Shown: positions 29,548 through 43,653, counted from the stretch's first letter. The stretch: DNA of 64,000 bases from the human T2T-CHM13v2.0 reference genome, Homo sapiens (GCF_009914755.1 NC_060926.1); one strand, 5' to 3'. Program-made: numbers and translations. Notes: a model not told the origin generated them from the letters alone.

Positions 29548-29888
29548 TGGGCTATGACTAAATGTTTGTGTGCCCTCACAAAATTTATTTGTTGAAAACC
29601 TAACCACCATGTGATGTTATTAGGGCATGGGGCCTTTGAGGAGTGAAATTCATGCTCTTAAAATAAAGGAGACCTCAGAGGGCTGCCTTCCTTCTTCTGC
29701 CATGTGAGGAGGCCACTACATAGTCAGAGGCACCACCTATGAACCAGAAAGTGGGACCTCACTAGATACCAAGTCATCTGGTACCTTGATCTTGGACTTA
29801 CTCAGCCTCCAAAATTGTGAAAAATAAATTTCTATTGTTTATAAGCCACCTAGTTTATGGTATTTTGCTATAGCAGCCCAAAGACAAC
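29548..29888 (+). mobile_element. MaLR solo LTR (MLT1A/MSTD-like)
   Basis: ccttgatcttggactt..cagcctcca..aataaatttct.ttgtttataagccac. Confidence 0.8.
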
Positions 29889-30211
29889 ATGTAAAGAGTC
29901 TTTTTTTCAAAATGTTAGTCCACATTTATCTAGTTTTATCTTTATTACATAAAGAGTGTCTTTAATTTGTTGCCTAATATCTATATGATCTGATTGAACT
30001 TTTCATTTCTTAATCTCTGAAATCAGGGATTCCCCCAGCAGACGTTTTTCATCTAAGAAATGGCTTGAGTGCTTCCTTTTATCGGGTGCTGTGATAGATT
30101 CTCAAAATATGAAAATGAGTAAGACTGGTTCTTTTCCTTTAAAGACTTCACAATTTAGTGACATTTTTCACCCTCTACACTGTTGATTCTTTGGAAGAGT
30201 GTGTGTGTCAG

Positions 30212-31158
30212 GAGGATACAAGTGTAATTTTGTTACATGGATATGTTGTGTAGTGGCGAAGTCAGAGCTTTTAGTATATCCATCACCAGAATAACATACC
30301 TTTTACCTTTTAAATAATTTGTCATCATCCACCCTCCTCCCTCTCTACCTTTGTGAGTCTCCATTGTCTATCATTCCACACTCTATGTCCATACATGTGG
30401 TTTAGCTTCCACTTATAAGTGAAAACATGCAGTATTTGTCTTTTTCTGAGTTTCACTTAAGATAATGACTTCCATTTCCATCCTTGTTGCTGCAAAAGAT
30501 GTGATTTCATTCTTTTTTATGGTTGAATAGTATTCCACTGTGTATACATACACATTTTCTTTATCCATTTATATGTTGATGGCACTTAAGTTGATTCTGT
30601 ATCTTTACTATTGTGAATAATGCTGTGATAAACATATGAGCACAGGCGTCCTTCTGGTATAATGATTTCCTTTGGGTAGATACCCAGTAGGGAGATTACT
30701 TGGTCAAATAGTAGCTCTATTTTTAGTTTTTTTAGAACTAAAAATACTGTTTTCCATAGAGGTTATACTAATTTACATTCCCATCAGCAGTGAGTAAATG
30801 TTCCCTTTTCTCTGCATCCTCACCAACATCTGTTATTTTTCATCCTTTTAATCATAGCCATTCTGACTAAGGCAAGATGATATCTCATTGTGGTTTAATT
30901 TGCATTTTTCTAGTGATTAGTAATGTTGAGCATTTTTTCATATGCTTGCTGGCCTTTTGTCTTCTTTTGAGGAATGTCAATTCATGTCCTTTGCCCACTT
31001 TTTAATGGGATTATTTGTTTTTGTTTTTTGAGCTTCTTATACCTTCTGGATGTTATCTCTGTTGGATGCAGAGTTTGCAAATATTTTCTCCTATTCTGCA
31101 GGCTGTCTGTTCACTCTGTTGATTGTTTCTTTTGCTGTGCAGAAGCTTTTGAGTTTAA
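30212..31158 (-). mobile_element. L1MA-like 3' fragment
   Basis: aatttacattcccatcagcagtg...tgctgtgcagaagcttttt ORF2 end plus 3' UTR. Confidence 0.85.
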
Positions 31159-31589
31159 GGAAAACTCCAGCTTTCTTTCCATTTTTCAAAGCGCCGATAA
31201 GAGAAGGTAGTCATCTTGTTGCTTGGTGAATCTTAAAGGAAAGAAAGGTTTATATATTTTCTAATTATTCTGTTTATCTAATGAAATTTCACATGGGTAT
31301 CCTGCAGGAAAGCAAACTACACAGCAATGTGGAAACCTGATGGGAAATAGGGAATTAACATCTATTGAGGGCCTACACAATGCCAGGACCTGTGCTAGGT
31401 GTATTAGTTTTCTGTAATCCTCACAGCAACAACCAAGTGATGTAGGGATTATATCAGTTTTGCAGTTGTTCTCTGAATGGAATTCAGATAGGTTTAATAC
31501 TTTGCTCATTGTTGTGCGACTAGTAAATTGAGATGGGATTTGAAACTTAACATGCCTTCAGAGTGCTTTGCTCTCTACCATGCTCTCTT

Positions 31590-31903
31590 CCTTTTTTTTT
31601 TCTTTCCTTTTTTGAGAGGGTCTCGTTCTGTCACCCAGGCTGGAGTGCAGTGGCACGATCACAGCTCACTGCAGCCTTAGGCTCAAGCAATCCCTTCCAC
31701 CTCAGCCTCCTGAGTAGCTGGGGCTACACATGTGTACCACCATGCCTGGCTCATTTTTAATTTTTTTTGTAGGGATATGGGGGGTCTCCCTATGTTGCCT
31801 GGGCTGGTCTCAAACTTCTGAGCTTTCAAGCAATGCACCCTCTTCAAGCAATACACGCTCCCAAAGTGCTGGGATTACAGGTGTGTGAGCTACTATGCCT
31901 GGC
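31590..31903 (-). mobile_element. AluJ
   Basis: Antisense dimer. Confidence 0.88.
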
Positions 31904-32463
31904 CCTTTTTCCTATTTTAATACTACTTTATATTTATATAGTTTTTTCCCATGTTTCAGAACAGTTACAATAACTTTGTGAGATAGAAAGCATTATCTCT
32001 GTTTATATGGGGGAACTTAAAGCTCAGAGCAACTAATGGAATTGTTTTATATTTTACAGTAATAGTGCTGAGGTCAGAACCCTTTTTGATCCAGTTTTCT
32101 TATTGTCAGGAAGATTCTTTATTAAAGCTATGGTAGAATGTTTTTGATCAAAATCTTTGATCATTTAAAATAAGAATAGCAACCTGTTCTTGTTGGCATA
32201 GAGCTCAACCAAATGATACCTTGAGATCCTTTCCAGTGCCACCGTGCTATGATTCCTTAGGATGTTGATGGATGGAGGCTCATCCTATTAATAAAAATAA
32301 CCCTATGACCTCTGGATCCAGAGGATATTTAGTAATAAAAAGTTTGTCCCTAAATTAAAAAAAGACCAACATCAGAAGGAACATAATAATTAGGAAGGAA
32401 AAATAGATGAAAAAGGTAAAATATAAAGAGAAATAGGAATTATATATTTGTAAAAGAAAAGTG

Positions 32464-33142
<679 letters not shown>

Positions 33143-34346
33143 TCACGTGATAAAAATGAATATATTAGAAATATTTGAAATGACAGAGTTCTTATTTCAA
33201 GTCAAATATGTATCTTCTAAGTTTTTTTGAGAGGTTTATATCATTTTCCCAACCAATGTAAGATTATCAATGTGGGTATTTTCTTTAGAAATTGGAAAGC
33301 AGGCGCCCCGCCACTCGCTCTCCGGGCGGGGCGGGTGGCGCCTCGGGCCTCCACCTCCCCCTGCCTGCGCGTGTCCTGCGTGAGAGGGCAGAGGCAGGGT
33401 GGAGGCGTTGGCACGGGACATGTGGGCCGCGGTTGCCGACTGTGGCGCGGGCAGTGGAGGAGGAGGCGGGGCTGGCGCTGAAGTCGGATCCGGATCCGTT
33501 GCTGTGCACCCTGGTCGGGGAGAGTCCGATGCGCCTGGGTAGGAGCACCGACTGCGGGGCCTCTACCGACCTTACTAGAAAGATGAAACCTGATGAAACT
33601 CTTATGTTTGACCCAAGTCTACTCGAAGAAGTGGACTGGAGGCAGAATACAGCTACATTTTCTCCAGCCATTTCCCCAACACATCCTGGAGAAGGCTTGA
33701 TTTTGTGGCCTCTTTGTACTGCTGACTTAAATAGAGGGTTTTTTTTTAAGGTATTGGGTCAGCTGATCGAGACTGGAGTTGTCAGCCCTGAACAGTTTAT
33801 GAAATCTTTTGAGTATATGAAGAAATCTGGGGATTATGTTACAGTTGTAGAAGATGTGACTCTAGGACAGATTGTTGCTACAGCAACTCTGATAATAGAA
33901 CATAAATTCATCCATTCCTGTGCTAAGAGAGTAAGAGTAGAAGATGTTGTCGTTAGTGATGAATGCAGAGGAAAGCAGCTCGGCTAATTGTTAGTATCAA
34001 CCCTTACTTTGCTAAGCAAGAAACTGAACTGTTACAAGATTACCCTTGAATGTCTACCACAAAATGTTGGTTTCTATAAAAAGTTTGGATATACTGTATC
34101 TGAAGAAAACTACATGTGTCTGTTTCTAGAGTAAAAATCTTATAAGAAAATTGTCAAAGGAGCTAATGCTACAAGGCTCCACTCTTCCTAGAGTTAAAAT
34201 ATTTTGTTGCTGCAGCAGAGTGACCTCCATAAATAGTAGACTGAGAAAACATTGTAATACTACAAGTATAATGACATCTACGAGATTACTTTGGGCTGGT
34301 GGGAAATGCTGTGAATTTAGATTACAAATGAATATTATAAAGGGGA

Positions 34347-34785
34347 TTTTTTTCATCTCTTTTTTCTTTTTTTATTTTATTTTACATAATTCATGTCTTG
34401 ATCTCTAAAACTAGGCAGTCACCTTTAAAACTTTGGATCTTTAAAAACAAATACCCCGTTACTCCTAAAATTTAACTGAAAAAACTCACAGATTTGGGTT
34501 TTTTTGTTTTGTTTTTTTGTTTTGTTTTGCTTTCTGCTTAGATTTTATTTTTATTTTTTTAATTTATTTTTATTATTGTACTTTAACTTCCAGGGTACAT
34601 GTGCACAATGTGCAAGTTTGTTACATATGTATACATGTGCCATGTTGGTGTGCTGCACCCATTAACTTGTCATTTACATTAGGAATATCTCCTAATGCTA
34701 TCCCTCCCCCTTCCTCCCACCCCCTCAACAGGCCCCGGTGTGTGATGTTCCCCACCCTGTGTCCAAGTGTTTTCATTGTTCGATT
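34347..34785 (-). mobile_element. 5'-truncated L1PA (roughly PA4-PA6) with 3' transduction, nested in the retrocopy 3' UTR
   Basis: 34576-34785 is the reverse complement of the L1PA 3' end (gggtacatgtgcac...ccccaccctgtgtccaagtg); two A-rich tails; TSD aaggggat(gat)tttt. Confidence 0.85.
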
Positions 34786-34931
34786 AAGGGGATGATTTTT
34801 AACCAAGGGAATATATTTTAAACTTGAATCTTTTCTTGCATTGTATTTTTCCAAAAGTTTGGCTTCATTTCTTGGTAGTTAAGAGTATGGGTAATAAGGA
34901 GTTATATGTCTGCCGTGTTGCTCATTTAAAA

Positions 34932-35150
34932 AAAGTATTTATTGAATAAGGCTGTTTTTTATCACAGGCATAAAATTTAATCTTTTTGTTTCAAAGAAAC
35001 ATCTCAGTACACTTAGGGGTGTATCGTTTCCCACATATAAAGTATTTATTGAATAAGGCTGTTTTTTATCACAGGCATAAAATTTAATCTTTTTGTTTCA
35101 AAGAAACATCTCAGTACACTTAGGGGTGTATCGTTTCCCACATATAAAGT
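34932..35150. repeat. Perfect 107-bp tandem duplication
   Basis: 34932-35038 = 35039-35145, with aaagt microhomology at all three boundaries. Confidence 0.95.
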
Positions 35151-38100
35151 CAGGCTGGATAAATTAGTTATTATAACTAAACACAGTGTAGTCCAACATT
35201 TGTTGATCCCAATACAGGCAAATAACCTGGTCAGCCTTTTAAAGAAGTAGAAGAAATGAAAATTATTTGACAAGATTAAAAGTAAAACAATTTAAATGTT
35301 TTACTAAAAGTTTATATAGGTCTATGTAGATAAAAAGTACCACTTGTCTTATCTGTGAATTATAACTGTTCCTTTGTTAAAAACACCTAAGAGCAATTAT
35401 GGTGGGACATCTAAGGTACTTTTTAAACAGTGAATTAGCAAACCTCAGCATATGTGTTTCTACCTTGATTTTTTTCTTTTCATGGGTATCTGAAGCCTCC
35501 CTTCTGAGTAACAGGTTTTTCAAAAATGGAGTATCACAAAATTGAGTGAAATACAATACTGAAACAATACTTAAAAATATATTGTACCAGATTTGTCAAA
35601 TTCATAAAATGTTGATGGAAGCTTTACTTTTTAGTGTGATTATAATGGCACTATTCTGGTCATTATCCTGTTTTTATTTTATTTATTTTAATTATTTTTT
35701 AAAGTTGAAGAATTAAATAGTTTAATGGTTCTAATTTTTTGCATTCCATGTTACATTAAACCTGTTCATATGATGAGTAATTTTCTGTTAGGAAATAAAA
35801 GAAATTGGAAAGCAGTATTTATAGTGTACTACATTTTATTATTTTCGGAGGACACTGTATCAGAACTTATATTTAGCAAACACAAGTTCCTCTATAGCCT
35901 TCAGTAATTTCAGATGCAGTTCAAATCCTGGAGAGTATGTTGAAATGATTATACTGTGAAAGTAATATAAAGTTTTTAAAAGTCTTTTTGTAAAATTAAG
36001 TATTAGCTATTATAGAGAGAAATCATGGACTGAATTAGAACAAGCTATTTATGTTCAAGCTTTTTTCTCATAGTAGATTTTTTTATTTTTATATTTCTTA
36101 ATAGTGCTGTTGCACCTTTAAAATGTTAAAATATATTGTTAAACCTCCCAAAATAGCAATGACATGTTACTATAAATCTCTTTGAACATTGAGTCCTACT
36201 TTGCTCTTAGCCTTTTTCTTTTAAGCATGCCTACTTTCATCATTCTATATGTACTTTTTTGTAAAGAATTTTTTTGTCTGCTTAGAATTTAAACCTGACG
36301 ATATTGTTGTCTTTATTTTTTTTCTGCATTAGAGACAAACAATCATATTGCGCATAATACGAGAAGTACTATTGCTATTTTGATAACTTGGATTAGATAG
36401 TGTTCTTTCTTTTTATGAAGGTTTAACCTGCCAAGACATTCTTTGAATACTGATAATGTTGATGTTCTTGCCAGTATGGTTATGTTAGAAAGAGGTATTT
36501 TTCTTCTTTCATCACCATGTTCCTTGAAAGCATAGTGAATAATGACACAGCCAAAGGGAAATAATTTACAAGTGGATTCAGTGAGTTTATTTAAAGTAGA
36601 TATTATTTGGAGAACTGCTAGAGCCATTCCTTAGATGAGCACTACAGAAGCTTTAGTTGTAATAACTGAATCCCTGTGAGGTCCTACTGTAAATATTTTT
36701 ATTTATAAAGTAGTTATTTTGCAGAATTAACAGTTTTTTCTCAATATTATAGTATCTGAAACCACTTTAGTATTCTTAGCTATTTCATATGACAATGCAT
36801 AATTTCCTAGACCACTAGTTCAGAACATAATGTGAAATGTATGATTTCAAATAAGGGCTACTCCTATATACATTATAATTGCTGATTTGTGTGTGTACTT
36901 GCTTTTCCAAAAATATTATTTGTGGTTTTAAGAATTGTTTTGATTGAATTTTGTTTTGATAATTAGAGGCCCACTGGTATTGCAAAAGCTGAATTGGATG
37001 TCATTGATAAAAGAAGGTTTTAACTGTTACGAAAGAGAGACATGAATTAAAGAATGTTTTCCTTCCTATTCCCACTTCTATATCACATGAGCATTAAGGC
37101 TTATTGAGATGTTGGTTTTCAGTGTTGTCTTTGTTTTTGTTGTTGTTGTTGTTTCTTTGTATGTTTTGTGCTCTGTAAGAATGATGTCAGCTCCGAAGTG
37201 TTGAATATCTCTGAATTCAGTTAATCTGGGAAGATGCAGGCCCTTAACCAGGAACAGAGACCCAAAAAACTGGCCGTGGAGATTTGGCAGTGAGTGGTGG
37301 CTGAAGATTTGGTTTATAAGATGAAGATAAATAAGTGATGCCCTATAATATATATCCCCTGCACTCATGATATTCTCCATGGTCATTTTATCCTTCTCTA
37401 ACCTTTTACGTGATCATCTTGAATGTCCCAGGTTTGTTTCGCCTGTGCTATGGGGAATCAAAGAAAAGTCTTTTGCCGCATTTGGACCAATGTTAAGGGT
37501 CAGTTCCCCTCCCGCAATCCCAGCCAGGAATGTGGAGTCAGTATAATCAGAGAGAGGTTCTAATTCAGGAGTGTGGCTCAAATGCCCCTTCCTTAGGAAT
37601 GAATTATTCCAGTGCCAATCTGGAAAGTTTGGGTGTGTTTTGTTTTTGTTTCTTTTTTAATTAAAGAAGGCGGACATCTTTTCAGATATATTTTAAGATT
37701 AGCTTGGGGCTGATTATCAATATGGTTTGGTTTGGGGTCTTTTTTTTTTTTTTGCTACTTACAAATTAATGATTACTAAATTTATTAAATGGTTTTCATG
37801 TGTTCCTCTTTTGTTAAGGATTACTTTTCACCTAAATTTTGTGAAATATAGAAAAGATGAAAGACATATAAGTCAAGTTTTAGTGTAGTTTTATGTTTGT
37901 AAGCACTATTAGGAGTCTCTGAAGTCTTCCATTATCCCTCAGTAGGACATTATTCCTCAACTGCTCTCATTTTGTTTTCCACGTATTTCTGTTATGTCAT
38001 TTTGCTTCAGTGGCAGTGATTTGCATTCTTTCTTTCCTATTTGACAGCCTTTTATAGGAGGGAGGGCTGCATCTAGTTCATCTATATTCCCCTTAATAGT

Positions 38101-38821
38101 GAGTGCATAGTACAGGATGGAATATTAAATTAATTAGGTAGTGTTAAAGCCAAAATAGTAAGTGTATGAAACACTAGTTTTAAACACTCTGGCCTCTCTC
38201 AGACCTTATTCATAATATTTATTAATAAAATTCATTCTTTTGAATTCCTTGGTGACCTCTTATGTATTTAGGGAGTATATTTTCACTTGTATTCACATAT
38301 ACAATTCTAGTCCATTGCCCTTCCTGGAAGCTAAGTCACTGATACATCTTCTTTAGAACTAATAAAGAATCATATAAAGACTGCATGGATGGGGCAGTTG
38401 AGGGGAAACACTTGATGGACAGTCTCTAAGAGCTGTCAATTTAATGTATTTTGTTGCTATTAACAGTCAAATAGAACAACATAATTGTTCCTTTACTGAT
38501 CCTCTAACCACATACATTTTATATACTTATTATTAACCCAAACACACATTTCTCTATTCCAACACTGTAGATTTCTCTTCCAAACAATAATACCCAGAGA
38601 ATCCTGTACAAATGTAGCTTTTTGAGATTAGGCCAATGAAAGTCAATGACATGATCTCTAAGGCCCTTTTTAACTCTAAAACTCTTTGATTTTTAAGGAT
38701 GTTTACATATGTATATCTTGAGCACTTCATTTCTTTCTTAGAAAATTGGAATTTCACATTTTTACTTAGAAGTTCTACTGAGTTCATATATGAAATCATA
38801 AAATAATAAAAGGTAGAAAGT

Positions 38822-39755
<934 letters not shown>

Positions 39756-39779
39756 CAAATGCTTTAAACACTCAATTGC

Positions 39780-40178
39780 AGAGTTCACTGGTAAATACTT
39801 CACTGTAATAAAGCATCTCTCACAATGTATCTCTGAAGAAACATTCTCAGATTTAGCTTTTCAACCTGTATATGTAAACTCTTCACAGTGTCACAGTGGT
39901 AAAATTAAAATAGTTAAAAATCATGCTCTAGATGAAAAAACTAGATTATAGGGTTTACTGGTAAACATTAAGTTCACTGTAATAAATAAGCTCACAATGC
40001 ATCTCTGAAGAAACATGCCCAAACTTAGCTTTTCAACCTTTGTATATAAACTCTGCCATAAGTCGCAATGGTCAAAACCATAGTTAGAAAGCATGTTCTA
40101 AACATTTGATGACAGAGTTCACTGATTGGTAAACAGTTTAATTCACTGTGAGAAAGCAGCTCAAAGTGTGTCTCTGAA
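39780..40178. repeat. Diverged tandem repeat, ~170-bp unit, ~2.4 copies
   Basis: tctctgaa anchors at 39830, 40002 and 40171; recurring ttcactgt, ttagcttttcaacct and tagtta blocks. Confidence 0.8.
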
Positions 40179-40569
40179 AAAAAAAAAAAAAAAGAGGACG
40201 TAGAAGGATCCTTAGATCTTTACATCTGAAAAGACCACTGAAAATGTTTTTTGTCCTGCCTCAAATCTTTTAGCAAATAGTGTTTTTAATCCTGTCCACC
40301 TCCCCTTTTACCTTTATGTGACCCCAAGAGTTTTAGTGGATTGCCCAATGACTTAAACATTGAATATAGTAGAGGATGAACTACAGTTCACATATCTTAA
40401 TTTTTAATGCATCATTCATCCTCCCTTACTGTAGCTTCCTCCCACCAACTATACTCAGAGTACTGAGTAGGTGCTTTGGAAGGGTTAAGTGATGGCTTGC
40501 ACTCTGAAGAAAGTTACGATGTAAATGAGGAGATAAGATGTGAAAGTGTGTAAACATAACATAAATATA

Positions 40570-41985
40570 CCGTAGACCTTGTCATTGCCCAAAACCACAC
40601 TCACTCCATAATTTCACTGTTAATGTGTTCCTTCTCTAATCACTACCTGATGCCTCTCTATCTTACTCTCTTCAACAATCCTTAGACTCTGTTGGACCTG
40701 TGATCCCTTGTTCCTACTGCTTTTTAACTGTTTCTTGCCCCCTGGTGTCCTTGGTTCTCTCCTTACCCTGCTTAAATTTTGTGGTCCATCATTATCATCC
40801 TTCTCTTGGGCACTCTGTCAGTTCTCTTGGTCCTTTCTCACTTAATTGTACTTGTTTGACTAAATCCTGATTAAATCCATCTGGTCATCATTTTGGTATC
40901 TGAGCCAGTATGTAGGGGAAGAAAACCCACACCCATGCTGAATAGTGCCTCTGTAAATTCATGAGCATTAATCTTCATGCTGCCAGACAGTCATACTCCT
41001 GTTTTTCCAGTCAGCAAACCAGAAGCCTTAGGGTTATTCTTCGCTACTGATTCTCTCACACTCTAATCTGATTCCAGAGTAAATTCCGTAGGTCTATCTT
41101 TAAAATATATCCAGAATCTAACGACTTTTCACCATGTCTGTGACTACCACTGTGGTCCAAGCCACCATTATCTGTCACCTGGATTTTTGTAATAGTATCC
41201 TAATGGACTCTCCCTGCTTACTTCTTATCCTCTTCAGTGTATTTTCAGCTCAGTGATTCTGTAAAAATGTGTCAGATCATATAACTCATGTTTAATTAGT
41301 TCCCATCTCATTCAGAGTAAAATCAAAGCCTTTATAAGCGGACTGTGAATTCTCTATTGGGGTCAGTATATTTTTTTCTGTATAGAGTCAGATGGTAAAT
41401 ATGTTAGGTTTTTAGGGCCGTATAGTTTCTCTTACAGCTGTTCAGCCCTGTTGTTGTAGTGTGAATGTAGCCATAAACAATAATACTTTATTTACAAAAA
41501 CAGGAAGGCCATGGGCTGTAGTTTGCTGACCTCCGTAGATCTGATGCCTCCTTTACCTCTGATTTCATTAATCTTTTTCCTTTTGCTCATTTTGCTTCAG
41601 TTGTTTCTGGAACCTGCGAGTCATGCTTCCAGCTCAGGACTGTCGCATTTGTAGTTTCTTTGCCTAGAACATTTTCCCTCAAGTAACTGGTTCAATCCTC
41701 AACTTTTAGGTCTTCACTTAAACTTTCTCCGTGAGGCTTTCTTTAGCCTTCCTAAAATTGCAACCATTTCCCCTGTCCCCCCGCTTCCCCACTTTCCTGC
41801 TTTATTTTTCTTGAACTTATCAGTATCCAATATGCTATATATTTTATTTGTCTTGATTTATTCTCTCTCCTCCTCTAGAATATAATTTCCTTGAAGGGAA
41901 GGACTTTGGCTCTTTTTTCACTGTCATATCCCTAGTGCTTACAGTAGTGCCTCAAGTGGGTGCTCAAAAAACATGTCAAATGAAT
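40570..41985. mobile_element. L2 remnant, interrupted by MER58A
   Basis: aaaatatatccagaatc...gtccaagccaccattatc...tcagatcat and 3' end gtgctcaaaaaacatgtcaaatgaatga. Confidence 0.65.
41358..41535. mobile_element. MER58A DNA transposon
   Basis: ggggtcag...gatggtaaatat.ttagg...gggctgtagtttgctgacc. Confidence 0.75.
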
Positions 41986-43074
41986 GAGGGCTGACAACAG
42001 GATCAAGGGCTGAGAACAGGAGCACTCCATTATGCTGGTGGCACCAGCCCAGCTGGACTGTAAGCGTAGGCCTTAAAGCACCTGAGATCCAGAAGCAGAT
42101 GGTATCAGTGTAGATTAAAGGTAACAACTGGACAGAGAGATAGCAAAACAGCAAGTATTAGCTCTCATACTCTAGACACTTCCCACTTCTATTGGTTGGG
42201 AGACTTCTAGAAAGTCACCAAAAAGGGAGGGGTGAGCCTGGCCACTTGGTAGGTGGGTGGTATTCATTCAGTGGAGTAGGAACAACTCTGAACGTGATTT
42301 TCATCTAGGACCCCCAGGTGGTTGGGTTATAGGAAAATTTTGTTACAGCAGAATTTGGTTATGTGGATAAAATGGTCAAGATTATTCTAAGTAGAGATAG
42401 AGAAATAGTTTAAACATAAAATACATAGGCAGGAGAGCACATTTAGAGGCAGTGAAGAAGTTTCTTTAAATGAGTTGGTATTTAATATGAGAGAATAGAG
42501 GAAGATAAATCCAGCAATTTAAACTTTTTAAATGAGAAAATTGGAAGGCATTAAAAGTTTTTAAGTAGGGAATTGACATGATCAAGATGCTGCTACCTTT
42601 GAAAGTCAGTTTGGCAGTACTCTACAGGGAGGAGCTAGGGAGACCATAAACATTTAGGAAGCTGCTATAAATTGTAGGCTTTAAGGGCCTGAATTCAGAC
42701 AAACACATTAGGTGTGAAAAGCACAAAGTGTCTATTTTCTTTTATAGCTATTATGAGGAAGAATCAATGGGACTAGCTGTGAGTGGCAAAGGACCAGAAA
42801 AGGTTTGAAGATAACTGATTTATTTAACTTATATGCCTAAGGAAATAATACTGCATCCTTTTTTAAACCCTGAATGCACACATTTGAGTTTCTCCTATAA
42901 TGTATTACCTTCATGAATTACACTGACATAATTTTGATTTTACTCCTAAAAGAAGCTTATAGAAACAAAACTTTTAAAGTGAAATCATTACTGCACCAGT
43001 AGAGAGTTGTTAGTCAATTCAGAGAGAAAAGCTAATCAGCTCTAGGCTGGATAGTATTTATTTTTTAAAATTTA

Positions 43075-43280
43075 AAAATTTTTTTTTTAAGACAGAATCT
43101 TGCTCTGTTGCCCAGGGTGGAGTGCAGTGGCATGATCTCAACTCACTGCACCCTCCGCCTCCCAGGTTCAAGCAATTTCTGGTTATTTTTAGTATTTTTA
43201 GTAGAGATGGGGTTTCACCATGTTGGCCAGGCTGGTCTCAAACTCCTGACCGCAAATGATCCTCCCGCCTCGGCCTCCCA
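43075..43280 (-). mobile_element. Alu with internal deletion
   Basis: Antisense Alu missing part of the right arm. Confidence 0.85.
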
Positions 43281-43653
43281 GTGGATGTTATTTGTTACCC
43301 TTAAAACTTGTTGCTTGTTTTGAAAAAAGGCCCAGAAGTAGAATAAAGAACCATATTGTTGAGATGTTTGCCTGAACAAAATAGGTTGTATGGGAAGGGA
43401 AATAACATTGGTTAGGTACCAGGGAGCTAGCTGATGGGAGTGTTATAAGCTCAGTGTCTGTGTGTTTGGTCTTAATTTGAAGGAGAATAACTTAAGAATC
43501 ATGTAGAGGATGGAGTTGTAATGCAGAAGAGATGATTGGGATGGCTTCATTTTGAATGAAAAACAATGTAATCTATAGGGTGTTCTATTAAATGAAAATA
43601 GTAAAGGCTGAAATCAAATACTGCTATGTTGTTACAAAGCAATAGCAGCTTGA

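Larger units (their letters stand above)
33303..35799 (+). pseudogene. GNPNAT1: Processed pseudogene (retrocopy) of GNPNAT1, glucosamine-6-phosphate N-acetyltransferase
   Basis: Intronless CDS 33583-34134 (MKPDET..F..DPSLL...[49 protein letters not shown]...) with premature TAA at 33985; GC-rich 5' UTR; long AT-rich 3' UTR ending in AATAAA; 16-bp TSD agaaattggaaagcag at 33287-33302 and 35800-35815. Confidence 0.95.

Noticed and set aside
33292-33987. 231-aa ORF as a functional stand-alone GNPNAT1 gene
   Set aside because: It starts at TTG inside the TSD, is intronless and TSD-flanked, and is cut by a premature stop
39780-40178. Alpha satellite (171-bp period, cattctcaga word)
   Set aside because: Only short words match, not in alpha-satellite order, and there is no array context
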